Below are positions 18,466 through 29,895 of a stretch of DNA of 64,000 nucleotides, piece by piece. The number at the start of each line of letters is the position of its first letter. Position 1 is the stretch's first letter. A model generated the notes under the pieces. That model searched no databases. It was not told the origin of the DNA and was given only the letters and a program-made list of their open reading frames with translations. This DNA comes from Anaerolineae bacterium (GTDB taxonomy: Bacteria > Chloroflexota > Anaerolineae > CG2-30-64-16): the NCBI GenBank assembly GCA_040772005.1, contig JAXGYZ010000002.1, forward strand, positions 573,061 through 637,060. Direction: 5' to 3'. A program made the position numbers and the translations under genes.

Positions 18466-19989
18466 TCAGTTCTGCGAAAGGCTTGTCTGCACTAACTTCT
18501 TCATCCACTGTTGTTTTCTCTGTGGTAGTCGCTTGCTCAATGCCACGATTCCTGCGGCGAATAGGACAGGATACAAGAACCCTGGGCTTAGATAGCGATA
18601 GGTCACAAGGAGCCAAACGGCCAGCATCGCGCCGACCGCAAATTGGTAAGGGTCCTCGGCATAAGACACACGGGAGAGGAATCTGTCACACCTTACTGAA
18701 ATGAAGGCAAGGATAACGCCAATCATGATGGGCCCTAGCCAGCCCCAACTCATGTAATATTGACCCACAATGCCTGGGAAGGTATTACCAGATTCTGTAT
18801 AGATATCAATTCCCCAACGCATCAGGGTGTAGAACCACGCCACCTCGGTGGCGGGCTTATTTTCCCACAGGAAACGCGGGATGGGGGAGACTGCGAATTG
18901 AAGCAGGGCACTCTCCCGAAAATAGTCATGATAGCTTGGTACTATTGCTACTGCGAGGGCAGTTTCAGAGAAGTAGTCGGTTGTACCGCTGAGTGTTGCC
19001 CAGTTGTCCAAAAGCAGATCGGCCGTCTCATATCGAGTGTAGCTGTATCGGAAGAGGAGTTGAAACTGCAACGCAAAAAACAACACTATGGTAAGGATCA
19101 ATAAAACCGTAGTTGCATAAAACTTTGAGCGAGTCCAGGCTCTAGTGAATAGGAGAACAATGGCCGGGAGTAACATCATGGCTGTTAGTGAGCGTGTTCC
19201 CTGATCAAAGAAGAGAAGAACGGTAACGATCGATGCTACGAATGCACCTGCGATGCGCAGGCCGATTTTCACTCTTTTATCTTGTAGAACAACAAGAAGT
19301 AGACCTGCACCGGCTGTCATGGCACTTCTGGTCAGGTATAGGACTGCGCTGATGCGATTGCCCAGATTCTCCGTATACGTCCACGGTTTATCAACGGCTC
19401 GACTTTCCAAAATGCTACCAACAATGTCCCGAAAAGACATGCCTGATAGCAGATATGGAAGGAAGCCTATCGCACAGGCCAAAAGGGCTATCGTTACCAG
19501 CACAGCAGGGTTGCTAGATGACACTGGTTGCTGCTCGGGGCTGTTGCGGCTCTGACGCCCGAATAATCGCGATGCTAGTACCCAGACGAAGAGAAACAGG
19601 GCAAGGTAAAGTATTGTAAGAAGGAGGGTTTCTTCGTGGATGAATATCGGTAGTTCATCACTGAATCCGCTTGATGTCGTCCACAGGTTGAGTAGTCCGG
19701 GCAATGAATACCATCCCACGAAGCCAAGCATAATCATCAGTCTGCCCCATCGACGTGACTGGATACTCGGCATTGCGTGCTTTAGCAGGAGAGAAAGAGA
19801 AGCAGAAAAAAGCACAGCAGTGAGGAGACGAAGTGTAGTGTCGCCATGCGCTTGTAATACTACGGATATCAGTGCAGCAATGAGGGGCAGGGCAGCTAAC
19901 CAAAAATCGAAGAGCATCTGACGAAAACCGCTCTTCCTGTCGGCACTCAATCGGCGCTTAGATGGCACTGCACGCACCAGAGGAGTCAT
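18466..19989 (-). CDS. O-antigen/EPS polymerase-like polytopic membrane protein (Wzy-like)
   Basis: About 12 predicted TM segments with a large loop; position within the glycan operon; low GC. No diagnostic motif, so the call is by context. Confidence 0.5.
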   Translation of the reverse strand: MTPLVRAVPSKRRLSADRKSGFRQMLFDFWLAALPLIAALISVVLQAHGDTTLRLLTAVLFSASLSLLLKHAMPSIQSRRWGRLMIMLGFVGWYSLPGLLNLWTTSSGFSDELPIFIHEETLLLTILYLALFLFVWVLASRLFGRQSRNSPEQQPVSSSNPAVLVTIALLACAIGFLPYLLSGMSFRDIVGSILESRAVDKPWTYTENLGNRISAVLYLTRSAMTAGAGLLLVVLQDKRVKIGLRIAGAFVASIVTVLLFFDQGTRSLTAMMLLPAIVLLFTRAWTRSKFYATTVLLILTIVLFFALQFQLLFRYSYTRYETADLLLDNWATLSGTTDYFSETALAVAIVPSYHDYFRESALLQFAVSPIPRFLWENKPATEVAWFYTLMRWGIDIYTESGNTFPGIVGQYYMSWGWLGPIMIGVILAFISVRCDRFLSRVSYAEDPYQFAVGAMLAVWLLVTYRYLSPGFLYPVLFAAGIVALSKRLPQRKQQWMKKLVQTSLSQN

Positions 19990-19995
19990 GCTGGC

Positions 19996-21021
19996 CTACT
20001 CACAGTCAACTTCTGTGTTCTCTCGACTACTAGTAGCATCGAGCAAGGATTCTACTTCATGTATGATGGAGGGCTCCTCAGTGGTTGATATGGTTTTCAG
20101 CCTGCTATGAGCAGATCGATAACAGCCTTTCATGATCTCTAGGCGAGCCAGTTCTAGTTCAAGCGGGGCATACTTGGTTGCCAGTTGACTTCCTGCCTTA
20201 AGAATCTGCCAGGCTCGTGCTACATCTCCATTCTCTAGTAAAGCCTTAGCAGTCCAAAAGTAGGTTGCTGGCTGACTATCATCTAGCTCCAGCGCGTGAA
20301 GAAAATGTATGATAGCCTTCTCAGTTTCGCCATGAAGAAGTTCTTTCTGTCCGAGCAGTGACTCAGAGGTCACGCTATGCTCGACCGCTTCAAAACTCTC
20401 ACACGGATCTAGAATAATGCTGCTCTCACCGGTGCGAATAGCTTCCATGCACAGATACATATACATATGAGACTTGCGAGCATCCAGTGTGGGGTCGATG
20501 TCTTGTGCAATTTGAAAGTATTGTTTGGCAGCATCTTCATCATGATCGAGTTCGATCTTAAGCCTCCCTTGCCCGACGTACCAAAGAGCTGAATCAGGGG
20601 TGAACTGTCGGAGTGTCAAGGCTTCTTCTGCCTTGCCCTGAGCTTCTAGAACTTGGCTGAAGTAAATGATGTCGGCTTCGTCTGGTGTTAGTCCACGTGA
20701 AAGGGCAAAGCGAAGCCAATTTGCCAGCACTTCACTACTCTCACATGACAGGAATAGGTAGCGCGTCAGCCGATACTTGCTAGTCGGCTGTGTCTCCATT
20801 GGTGGGGTCCTCAAAGAGGCTTCGTTGGATGGACAGAGTAATCGCTTGGACTCCTGAGATAGGAGCGGCCATATCCCGGGTACATGATGGGGCAAACTGG
20901 AGCGCATTACAGACAAAGTTCGGAATGAAAGACGCAGAGTGTCCCAGGGAAAGCCAAGGACGGTAATACTGCATGCAACGAATATCGCGACGAGCGAAAT
21001 GAAGAACCGGCGATCAGTCAT
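19996..21021 (-). CDS. Hypothetical membrane-anchored protein with TPR-like repeats
   Basis: Single N-terminal TM (FFISLVAIFVACSITVLGF), then helical repeat region. Start ambiguous (21021, 21033 or 21057). Confidence 0.45.
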   Translation of the reverse strand: MTDRRFFISLVAIFVACSITVLGFPWDTLRLSFRTLSVMRSSLPHHVPGIWPLLSQESKRLLCPSNEASLRTPPMETQPTSKYRLTRYLFLSCESSEVLANWLRFALSRGLTPDEADIIYFSQVLEAQGKAEEALTLRQFTPDSALWYVGQGRLKIELDHDEDAAKQYFQIAQDIDPTLDARKSHMYMYLCMEAIRTGESSIILDPCESFEAVEHSVTSESLLGQKELLHGETEKAIIHFLHALELDDSQPATYFWTAKALLENGDVARAWQILKAGSQLATKYAPLELELARLEIMKGCYRSAHSRLKTISTTEEPSIIHEVESLLDATSSRENTEVDCE

Positions 21022-22216
21022 TGCGCAGTCCATCTTTGTTGCTGATGCTAGTTGCATCGATGATCTGCCTGACAGCTTCTCGAAAGCTTCGGCGGAAGGT
21101 TTCGGGTGAGTAGCGAGTGTCGGTTGCGTGCAGCACCTTTTCTGCGCGCCGACGGCAGTCGTCTGGGCTGGCGGTACTAGTCTCAACGATCACTGAGCGA
21201 ACAGCCGCGACTGTCAGTGATTCGATGCGGTAGCCCCAGTCTTCCAGGTCGATATTTGCTGTGACCGGCAGGATGGGTATCAGCCCATGCGCCATGCACT
21301 CGATGACAGAGCCGGGCTGTCCTTCCGCACAGGTCGGCAGAATCACCCAATTGCACATCGCGGCCAGTTTTCTGAACTCCGGCGACCGCATCTTCACGTA
21401 ACCATGGACATGAACATTTCTGTTCCCGCTGAGTTCAGCAGCAAAGGCACGAGCGAACTCGGGCTGAATGTGCTGGCAGACGTGAAGGTGGAGGTCGGTG
21501 TCGTGAAAGGCCTGGAGCAGCAGGTCAAGCCCCTTGTGAACATTCCCGAGACCACTGAAGAACAAGAAATGCTTCCGCCCTGCCTCAAAATCCTTTTCAG
21601 CCAAGTTGATGCCATCGAGGGGATAAGCTGCGTTGCATACGGATACTACATTCTTGAGATGAGCAAAAGTCTGCGCCGCAGCTTCGTTCCCCAGGCAGAT
21701 CGTGCCATCTGACAGCCGGTGTGCCTCCTCTTCTATCGGTGAGCTGACACGCTCCGGGGGCAGCAGCACGCCCTTGCTAAGCGCGATATCAAAGAGACGT
21801 TGTGCGGCGCGAGTGTTTTGTTCGCGCCAATACAAGCCGGTTGCAAAGTAGACCGTGACGGGTCGATGGCTGAGTAAGCCGACTAGACGGGTAAAATTGA
21901 AGTTCGCATGCCCGATGAAAAGGTCGTAAGCGCGCGTAGGAATCCAACTCTGGTTGGTACAATCCACGATATCGACTTCGAACCCTAGTTCGTTCAGCGC
22001 ACGAGGTATTTCCCTGGCGAGTCCCTGATTGCTGAACTGCGCGGGATCGCGAAATTTTGCTGGCAAGAGGAGAGGATGGACAAGATACGATACGAGCGCT
22101 CTGCGACTGGGAGTGCCCATACAGTATTCGCGGTAACCGCGGACTGTTCGGCGCTTAAGAAGCGCATAGAGGTATTCAAGGACTGCCGCACGCGGCTTTT
22201 GAGTACCTTCTTTCAC
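21014..22216 (-). CDS. Glycosyltransferase (GT-B fold, GT1/GT4-like)
   Basis: C-terminal EGQPGSVIECMAHGLIPI motif. GTG start overlapping the upstream stop (GTGA); an ATG at 22120 is an alternative start. Confidence 0.55.
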   Translation of the reverse strand: MKEGTQKPRAAVLEYLYALLKRRTVRGYREYCMGTPSRRALVSYLVHPLLLPAKFRDPAQFSNQGLAREIPRALNELGFEVDIVDCTNQSWIPTRAYDLFIGHANFNFTRLVGLLSHRPVTVYFATGLYWREQNTRAAQRLFDIALSKGVLLPPERVSSPIEEEAHRLSDGTICLGNEAAAQTFAHLKNVVSVCNAAYPLDGINLAEKDFEAGRKHFLFFSGLGNVHKGLDLLLQAFHDTDLHLHVCQHIQPEFARAFAAELSGNRNVHVHGYVKMRSPEFRKLAAMCNWVILPTCAEGQPGSVIECMAHGLIPILPVTANIDLEDWGYRIESLTVAAVRSVIVETSTASPDDCRRRAEKVLHATDTRYSPETFRRSFREAVRQIIDATSISNKDGLRND

Positions 22217-23580
22217 GACTTCAAGTCCAAGTCGGATAAAATCTGCGCGCGTGTTGCGGATTCACTATTATCATTGCTCGAGGCATGCCAGCGCGCTCGT
22301 GAACGTTGGAATATCCACACAGTAATCGGCAGTTCGAGGAGTACAAGCACGCCTAGATATCCAGCACCTACACCTGTGGCTCCGTATGAGGGAGCCAATA
22401 ACAAAGCGAGAGCGGCGATCACCATACTTCCTACCAGAAACACACCCATCAGTGGTTCGCGCTTGTGGGCCCTCAAGTAGGTGGATAGGCCAGAAAGCAC
22501 AGAACTCACCACCCCCGCGATGAGGAAGACGCCGGCGGGGCCGGGCGGCAATACTCTGCTCGCCAATGGATGCTGCAAGCCCTCCAGAAGCAAGATGAGT
22601 CCCCAGGCGCCCAGCGCCAGGACTAGACCTATTACAAGGGACATGAACAACGAGCGAAAAAACGAACTATCCAGCTCACGCCACTTCCGCTCGGCTACAA
22701 GAACACCATAGCGTGGCGCCTTTGTCACGACCCAGTTCGATGACATAGCCATTACGACGTTGGCGAGGGTGTTTGTCATTCCCATTTGACCAGCCACAGC
22801 CGGGCCGGCGCTCCGGAAGAGCACGGGGGTAAAGAGCTGGCTGGTAAAATATGTGCTGATCCAACTGACCGCAATACGCCATTGTATGGGCCAAACATCC
22901 TGCCGCCAAGCAATCCTGGGCCCATCGGGTGATATCAAGAAAGCCCGGCAGAATGCTGCGTAGCGATGGAGAAAGAAGACACTCCAGACCAACCCACACG
23001 CAGAAGCCAGTGGCAAAGTCCACAGCTTCGCGCCGGAGATAATCGCGGCCCACAGCGCCAGGCCGTTAACGACTTGTTGAACCAACCTATAAAACCAGAA
23101 TGGTGCGACCTCATTGCAGCCCTGCAATAGGTAAAAGAGGGGAGTCAGACATAAGTTCAGCCCTAAACCCAAACACAGGGCCAGCCACGGCAGTTGCCAT
23201 TCGATGCCAGGAGTCGGCGTGCGAGAAAAAAACGCGTAACCACCTGCACCGAGTCCCAGAACGACCAGAACCGCGGCGACACTATACCACTTCATGGATA
23301 GGCGACCCAGACTAATGAGTCGTGAACGCGCTGCTGCGTCTCCCTCAATGCGGAAGCCCGGTGCGAACTTCAGGCGTGCCCACTCATGACTTGCAAACTG
23401 AATGATAGCCTGACCAAGGCCCAGCTCGACAAGAAACTGTAACGCTGTAAGGCTGCCAAAGGTATAGTAATATCCTTGAAGTTCGGGCGTGAAACGCATT
23501 GCGATGAGCAGGGCAGTTATCGGGCCCAGAACAAGGGAAACCAGATTGCCGAGCAGCGCGAACGCCACTGCGCGATCCAT
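22213..23580 (-). CDS. Polysaccharide/O-antigen flippase (Wzx; MOP/MATE-like exporter superfamily)
   Basis: 14-TM topology typical of PF01943 family. First gene of the low-GC island. ATG at 23580 chosen over the TTG at 23607. Confidence 0.7.
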   Translation of the reverse strand: MDRAVAFALLGNLVSLVLGPITALLIAMRFTPELQGYYYTFGSLTALQFLVELGLGQAIIQFASHEWARLKFAPGFRIEGDAAARSRLISLGRLSMKWYSVAAVLVVLGLGAGGYAFFSRTPTPGIEWQLPWLALCLGLGLNLCLTPLFYLLQGCNEVAPFWFYRLVQQVVNGLALWAAIISGAKLWTLPLASACGLVWSVFFLHRYAAFCRAFLISPDGPRIAWRQDVWPIQWRIAVSWISTYFTSQLFTPVLFRSAGPAVAGQMGMTNTLANVVMAMSSNWVVTKAPRYGVLVAERKWRELDSSFFRSLFMSLVIGLVLALGAWGLILLLEGLQHPLASRVLPPGPAGVFLIAGVVSSVLSGLSTYLRAHKREPLMGVFLVGSMVIAALALLLAPSYGATGVGAGYLGVLVLLELPITVWIFQRSRARWHASSNDNSESATRAQILSDLDLKS

Positions 23581-23654
23581 GTCCGCGCGACGGAGGAGAT
23601 TCAGCAATCGGGCACACCGATCAATTCACAAGGAGTTGCTGGTTCCACGGGTTC

Positions 23655-24530
23655 TCACCCCAGCCCCGTCTCCGCCAGCCGGATCAAATACTGGCCGTAC
23701 TCGTTGCCGCGCATCAACTGCCCCTGGGCGAGCAGCGCGTCGCGCGTGATGTAGCCCATCCGGTAGGCGATTTCCTCGGGGCAGGAGATCATCATGCCCT
23801 GCCGCTCCTGGACGGCCTGGACGAAGCCGCTGGCCTGCAGGAGCGTCTCGTGCGTGCCGGCGTCCAGCCAGGCGACGCCCCGGCCCATCTGGTCGACGCG
23901 CAACTGGCCGCGCTCCAGGTAGGTGCGGTTGATGTCGGTGATCTCGATCTCGCCGCGCGCGGAGGGGCGCAGGTTGGCCGCGATGTCGCTCACCTGGTCG
24001 TCGTAGAAGTAGAGGCCGGGCACGGCATAGTGCGACTTGGGGGCCTGCGGCTTCTCCTCGATGCTGATGGCGCGGCCGGACGCGTCGAACTCGACGACGC
24101 CGTAGCGCTGCGGGTCCCTGACCGGATACGCGAAGACGAGCGCGCCCTCGGTCAGGCCGGCCGCCGCGCGCAGTTGGGCGGGCAGGCCGTGGCCGTAGAA
24201 GATGTTGTCGCCGAGGATGAGGCAGGCCGGCTGGCCGGCGACGAACTCGCGGCCGATGATGAAGGCGTCGGCCAGGCCGCGGGGGGTGGGCTGCTCGGCA
24301 TACGCGAAGTGCAGGCCCCACTGGTCGCCCCCGCGCAGGAGCGTGCGGAACGCGGGCAGGGCCTCCGGTGAGCTGATGATGAGGATGTCGCGGATGCCCG
24401 CCAGCATGAGCATGGAGAGCGGGTAGTAGATCATCGGCTTGTCGTAGACCGGCAGCATCTGCTTGCTGACGGCCATCGTCAGGGGATAGAGCCGCGTCCC
24501 CGCCCCGCCGGCCAGGATGATACCTTTCAT
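23655..24530 (-). CDS. rfbA: Glucose-1-phosphate thymidylyltransferase
   Basis: [18 protein letters not shown]...; the C-terminal region matches RmlA throughout. Confidence 0.9.
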   Translation of the reverse strand: MKGIILAGGAGTRLYPLTMAVSKQMLPVYDKPMIYYPLSMLMLAGIRDILIISSPEALPAFRTLLRGGDQWGLHFAYAEQPTPRGLADAFIIGREFVAGQPACLILGDNIFYGHGLPAQLRAAAGLTEGALVFAYPVRDPQRYGVVEFDASGRAISIEEKPQAPKSHYAVPGLYFYDDQVSDIAANLRPSARGEIEITDINRTYLERGQLRVDQMGRGVAWLDAGTHETLLQASGFVQAVQERQGMMISCPEEIAYRMGYITRDALLAQGQLMRGNEYGQYLIRLAETGLG

Positions 24531-24539
24531 GACGCCTCC

Positions 24540-25104
24540 CCGAATAGGACACTGATTGAACTGATTGGACTGATCTTCATGTTCTTTTCAGATTCGGCTT
24601 CAGGTGATTCTCGAAGATCTTGCGCACAACGCGAGGCTTGGGACCGAAGTTGACGACCAGTCCGACCTCATAGGGCGTGGCTTTCAGATAGTTCAGCAGC
24701 TGCGCCGCATGGTCCGGTGATATCTCGCTGGCAGCCTTGAGCTCCAACAACACGAGGTCGTTCACGACGAGGTCGGCAAAGTACTCACCCACGATACAAC
24801 CGTCGAAGAACACCGAGATCGGCCGCTGCTGCTGAACCTGCAGGCCATGCGCCCGGAGCCGCATGGCGAAGGCATTCTCATAGACCTTCTCCAGGAAGCC
24901 ATAGCCCAGGGCGTTGTAGACGTCGTAGAATATCTGGATTATCTGCCGGGTCAGCGCACTGTGCTTGTAAGTGGAGACCTCGTACGAACCCCGTTCCTCG
25001 TCCAGTTCGATCATGGTCACATCACTCATAAGACTGATGACGCTAACTTATCAGAATCAGATCAGGTAAATCAGCGTCATCAGTTCAATCAGCGTCCTAT
25101 TCGG
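24540..25104. mobile_element. 565-bp cassette bounded by 24-bp inverted repeats CCGAATAGGAC(A/G)CTGATTGAACTG, carrying a GxxExxY-family gene
   Basis: Left repeat at 24540-24563; right repeat at 25081-25104 is its reverse complement (23/24 identical). The interior is AT-richer than the flanking rfbA and sat. Confidence 0.5.
24577..25029 (-). CDS. GxxExxY protein (PD-(D/E)XK nuclease-like superfamily, TIGR04256-type)
   Basis: [13 protein letters not shown]... and [14 protein letters not shown] core. About 150 aa, typical of the family. Confidence 0.65.
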   Translation of the reverse strand: MSDVTMIELDEERGSYEVSTYKHSALTRQIIQIFYDVYNALGYGFLEKVYENAFAMRLRAHGLQVQQQRPISVFFDGCIVGEYFADLVVNDLVLLELKAASEISPDHAAQLLNYLKATPYEVGLVVNFGPKPRVVRKIFENHLKPNLKRT

Positions 25105-25114
25105 CGTTCTATTA

Positions 25115-26920
<1,806 letters not shown>

Positions 26921-27679
26921 TTACAGAGACAGGATGAGCGTGCGCACGTTCAGCACGACGATCACCAGGCCGACCAGCAGCATGAACGGCTTGTGCGGCA
27001 GCCTCTTCGCCACAATGGCGGCGAGCGGTGCAGCCAGCGCGCCGCCGATCAGCAGGCCCAGGATAATCTGGCCGTACTGCAGAAACTCGCCGGAGCCCAG
27101 CGCCAGGATGAACGTCAGGGACTGGGCCGTGGTCACGAAGAACTCGGTCATGTTGACCGAGCCGACGGTGAAGCGGGGCGAGTTTCCGCGTGCTACCAGG
27201 GTCGATGTGACGATCGGCCCCCAGCCGCCGCCGCCGATGGCATCCATGAAGCCGCCGAACAGGGCCAGCGGCGCCAGCCAGGACCGGACCGTGCGCGGGG
27301 CCAACGCGCGGAAGGCCCGATAGATGATGACCAGGCCCATGACGGCCAGATACACGGCCACATAGGGTTTGATGATAGCGCCGTCGATTTCGGTCAGCAG
27401 GTACGCGCCTATCACGCCGCCGAGCATGCCGGGCAGCATCAACTGCTTCGCCAGGTCCAGATGGACATTGCCAAGCCGCCAGTGCGAGAAGCCCGAGATG
27501 CCCGTGGTCACGACTTCCGAGGCGTGGACTGCGGCGCTGGCGAAGCGCTGCGGGACGCCCAGGCTGTTCAGGATGGTGGTCGAGCTGACGCCGTAGGCCA
27601 TGCCCAGAGCGCCGTCGATCATCTGTGCCACGAAACCGACGACGACGAAGGCCCAGATCGGGATATCCTGAATGTCCAT
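26921..27679 (-). CDS. Sulfite/anion exporter TauE/SafE family membrane protein
   Basis: DUF81-type duplicated 4-TM halves with G-rich motifs. Next to the sulfate activation gene. Confidence 0.75.
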   Translation of the reverse strand: MDIQDIPIWAFVVVGFVAQMIDGALGMAYGVSSTTILNSLGVPQRFASAAVHASEVVTTGISGFSHWRLGNVHLDLAKQLMLPGMLGGVIGAYLLTEIDGAIIKPYVAVYLAVMGLVIIYRAFRALAPRTVRSWLAPLALFGGFMDAIGGGGWGPIVTSTLVARGNSPRFTVGSVNMTEFFVTTAQSLTFILALGSGEFLQYGQIILGLLIGGALAAPLAAIVAKRLPHKPFMLLVGLVIVVLNVRTLILSL

Positions 27680-27754
27680 CGCCGTGCCTTCCTTCCCACC
27701 GTATCAAGCTGCACAGCGTAGGGCTTTCTGCCCGTCCTGACGCTCACGAGGGGG

Positions 27755-29056
27755 CTAGGCTACATTGCCCACAACGTGCCGGGTATCCACCACGAGGGCG
27801 GCACGGCGCAGGACGTCCGGCCAGTCGTAGGTCGAATGGTCCGTGACGATGACCACGCAGTCGGCTGCAGCGAGCGCCTGAAGGAGGTCGGGCTCCGCGC
27901 TCAGCCCGCGGCCGTTGTGGGTCAGCGCGTGGACGTAGGGATCGTGATAGCTGACCGCCGCGCCCTTGGCGCGCAGCAGCTCGATGATATCCAGCGCAGG
28001 CGACTCGCGCACGTCATCGATGTCCCGCTTGTAGGCGACGCCCAGCACCAGCACGCGGCTGCCCTTGAGCGCCTTGCCCGCGCTGTTGAGGGCATCCTGC
28101 ACCTTGTCCACCCAGTAGCGCGGCATGTCGGTGTTGATTTCGCCGGCCAATTGGATGAAGCGCGCGTTATAGTTCAGGGTCTTGAGCTTCCAGGAGAGAT
28201 AGTGCGGGTCGAGCGGGATGCAGTGGCCGCCGACGCCGGGGCCGGGGGTGAATTTCATGAACCCGTAGGGCTTGGTTGCGGCCGCGTCGATGACCTCCCA
28301 GACGTCGATGCCCAGCTTGTCGCACATGATGGCGACTTCGTTGACCAGGGCGATGTTGACCGCGCGGAAGGTGTTTTCCAGCAGCTTGACCATTTCCGCG
28401 GTCTGGGTGGAGGAGACGGGCACAATCTGCTCGATGGCCTCGGCATACAGCGCAACAGCCACCTCGCGGCAGGCCGGGGTCATGCCGCCCACGACCTTCG
28501 GCGTGGTCTCGACCACGAACTTCTTGTTGCCGGGGTCGATGCGCTCAGGGGAGAAGGCCAGGAAGAAGTCCTGACCGACCGTGAAGGCAGGCGTCTGCAA
28601 CCGTTCGAGCGTGGCCGGGCCGGTCAGCATCGGCAGGAGCAGCTCCTCGGTCGTGCCCGGGTAGGTGGTGGATTCGAGCACGACCAGCATGCCCGGGTGG
28701 ATGTACCGGGCGGTCGATTCGCCCGCCGCGATCAGATAGCGCACATCGGGGTCGCGGGTCTTGTTGAGGGGCGTGGGGACACAGATGATCGCGGCATCGC
28801 ACTCGGCCAGCGCGGCGTAGCTGGTCGTCGCCCGGAAGTTGGGGCGGATGGCCTGCAGCCGCGATGAGGGGATATCCTGGACGTAGGATTCGCCCCGGTT
28901 CAGCGCATCGACCTTCTGCGCATCGACGTCGATCCCAACGACAGGGAACCCATGCTCGGCAAAGGCGACGACGAGCGGCAGCCCCACGTAACCCAGCCCC
29001 ACCACGGCGACCACCGCCCGGTGATCGCGAATCTTATCAAGGAGCGCTTCTTTCAT
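27755..29056 (-). CDS. Nucleotide-sugar dehydrogenase (UDP-glucose/UDP-ManNAc/UDP-GlcNAc 6-dehydrogenase family)
   Basis: VVGLGYVGLP NAD-binding motif, catalytic Cys region GGHCIPLDP. Start at MKEAL (29056). Confidence 0.8.
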   Translation of the reverse strand: MKEALLDKIRDHRAVVAVVGLGYVGLPLVVAFAEHGFPVVGIDVDAQKVDALNRGESYVQDIPSSRLQAIRPNFRATTSYAALAECDAAIICVPTPLNKTRDPDVRYLIAAGESTARYIHPGMLVVLESTTYPGTTEELLLPMLTGPATLERLQTPAFTVGQDFFLAFSPERIDPGNKKFVVETTPKVVGGMTPACREVAVALYAEAIEQIVPVSSTQTAEMVKLLENTFRAVNIALVNEVAIMCDKLGIDVWEVIDAAATKPYGFMKFTPGPGVGGHCIPLDPHYLSWKLKTLNYNARFIQLAGEINTDMPRYWVDKVQDALNSAGKALKGSRVLVLGVAYKRDIDDVRESPALDIIELLRAKGAAVSYHDPYVHALTHNGRGLSAEPDLLQALAAADCVVIVTDHSTYDWPDVLRRAALVVDTRHVVGNVA

Positions 29057-29485
29057 ACACTGGCATCCTGTTCTACTGCACAGATTAAGCCCATGCTCCG
29101 CGGGCCCGGGCCGGTCGCGCCGGCCTGGGATGCGGTGCGTGACATACGCAGGCACGCTGGCCTGTCGCCTCGGTGCGGTCATGACAGTTACCCTGCCACA
29201 GCCACACGCGCAGACAGGCGGCAGATATGGAGCCACCCGGAGCACCCGAATCGATGCGGCACGCTCACGGCTCGGTGCGCCCTCAAGCCAGGGGGTGTCG
29301 CGGCGGGTCAGCGTATCCGAAGCTGCTACGACGGCGTGGCTCGCTATGGCTGCTTGCCTCGCTTCTCACGGCGAGGCACAGCTCCCCTTACAAAAAAAAG
29401 CGGCCCTCCGGAGCAGAACCCCAGCCAGGCCGTCTTGGTATGCGTTCGCATATGTTCCCAAAGAAAAAGAGGAGCGTTTCAGAAA

Positions 29486-29568
29486 TGCCCCCGGCCCGAC
29501 TCGAACGGGCACGCCCTTATGGGCACAGGCCCTCAACCTGCCGTGTATGCCAATTCCACCACGGGGGC
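29486..29568 (-). tRNA. tRNA-Leu (anticodon GAG), 83 nt, long variable arm, no encoded CCA
   Basis: The reverse complement folds as a cloverleaf. The acceptor stem is GCCCCCG/CGGGGGC with discriminator A. The D-arm is GUGGAAUUGGCAUACAC, as in E. coli tRNA-Leu. The anticodon stem is GCAGG/CCUGU with loop UUGAGGG. The variable arm is GCCCAUAAGGGC. The T-arm is GCCCG-UUCGAGU-CGGGC. Confidence 0.85.
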
Positions 29569-29623
29569 ATTGTGACCGTATTATACCGCTTCTCTGTTGC
29601 CTGTCAATAACAGACCCCTTGCT

Positions 29624-29798
29624 CGGCGCGTTTCATACTGGGGGCGAACGCGGCCAGCGCGAATACGCGAATGGTGCTGCGGCGCCGGGCACGGATACAC
29701 GAATATCCCGCCGCGGCGCACACGATTCGCGTATTCGTGGCGCGCCAGCGCATTCGTTTATCCGCGATGGCCGCGCCCCCAACGTGAAACGCACCCAC
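29624..29798 (+). repeat. Family-A structured palindromic repeat, copy 2
   Basis: About 95% identical to 2067-2247. Confidence 0.6.
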
Positions 29799-29895
29799 GA
29801 TTGCCATGCATTGTGCCGCACGGTGCGGGCCGCACGGTGTGGGCCGCACCGTGCGGATATATTAGCATTGCGGGCAAAGGGTGTCAAATCCTCTG

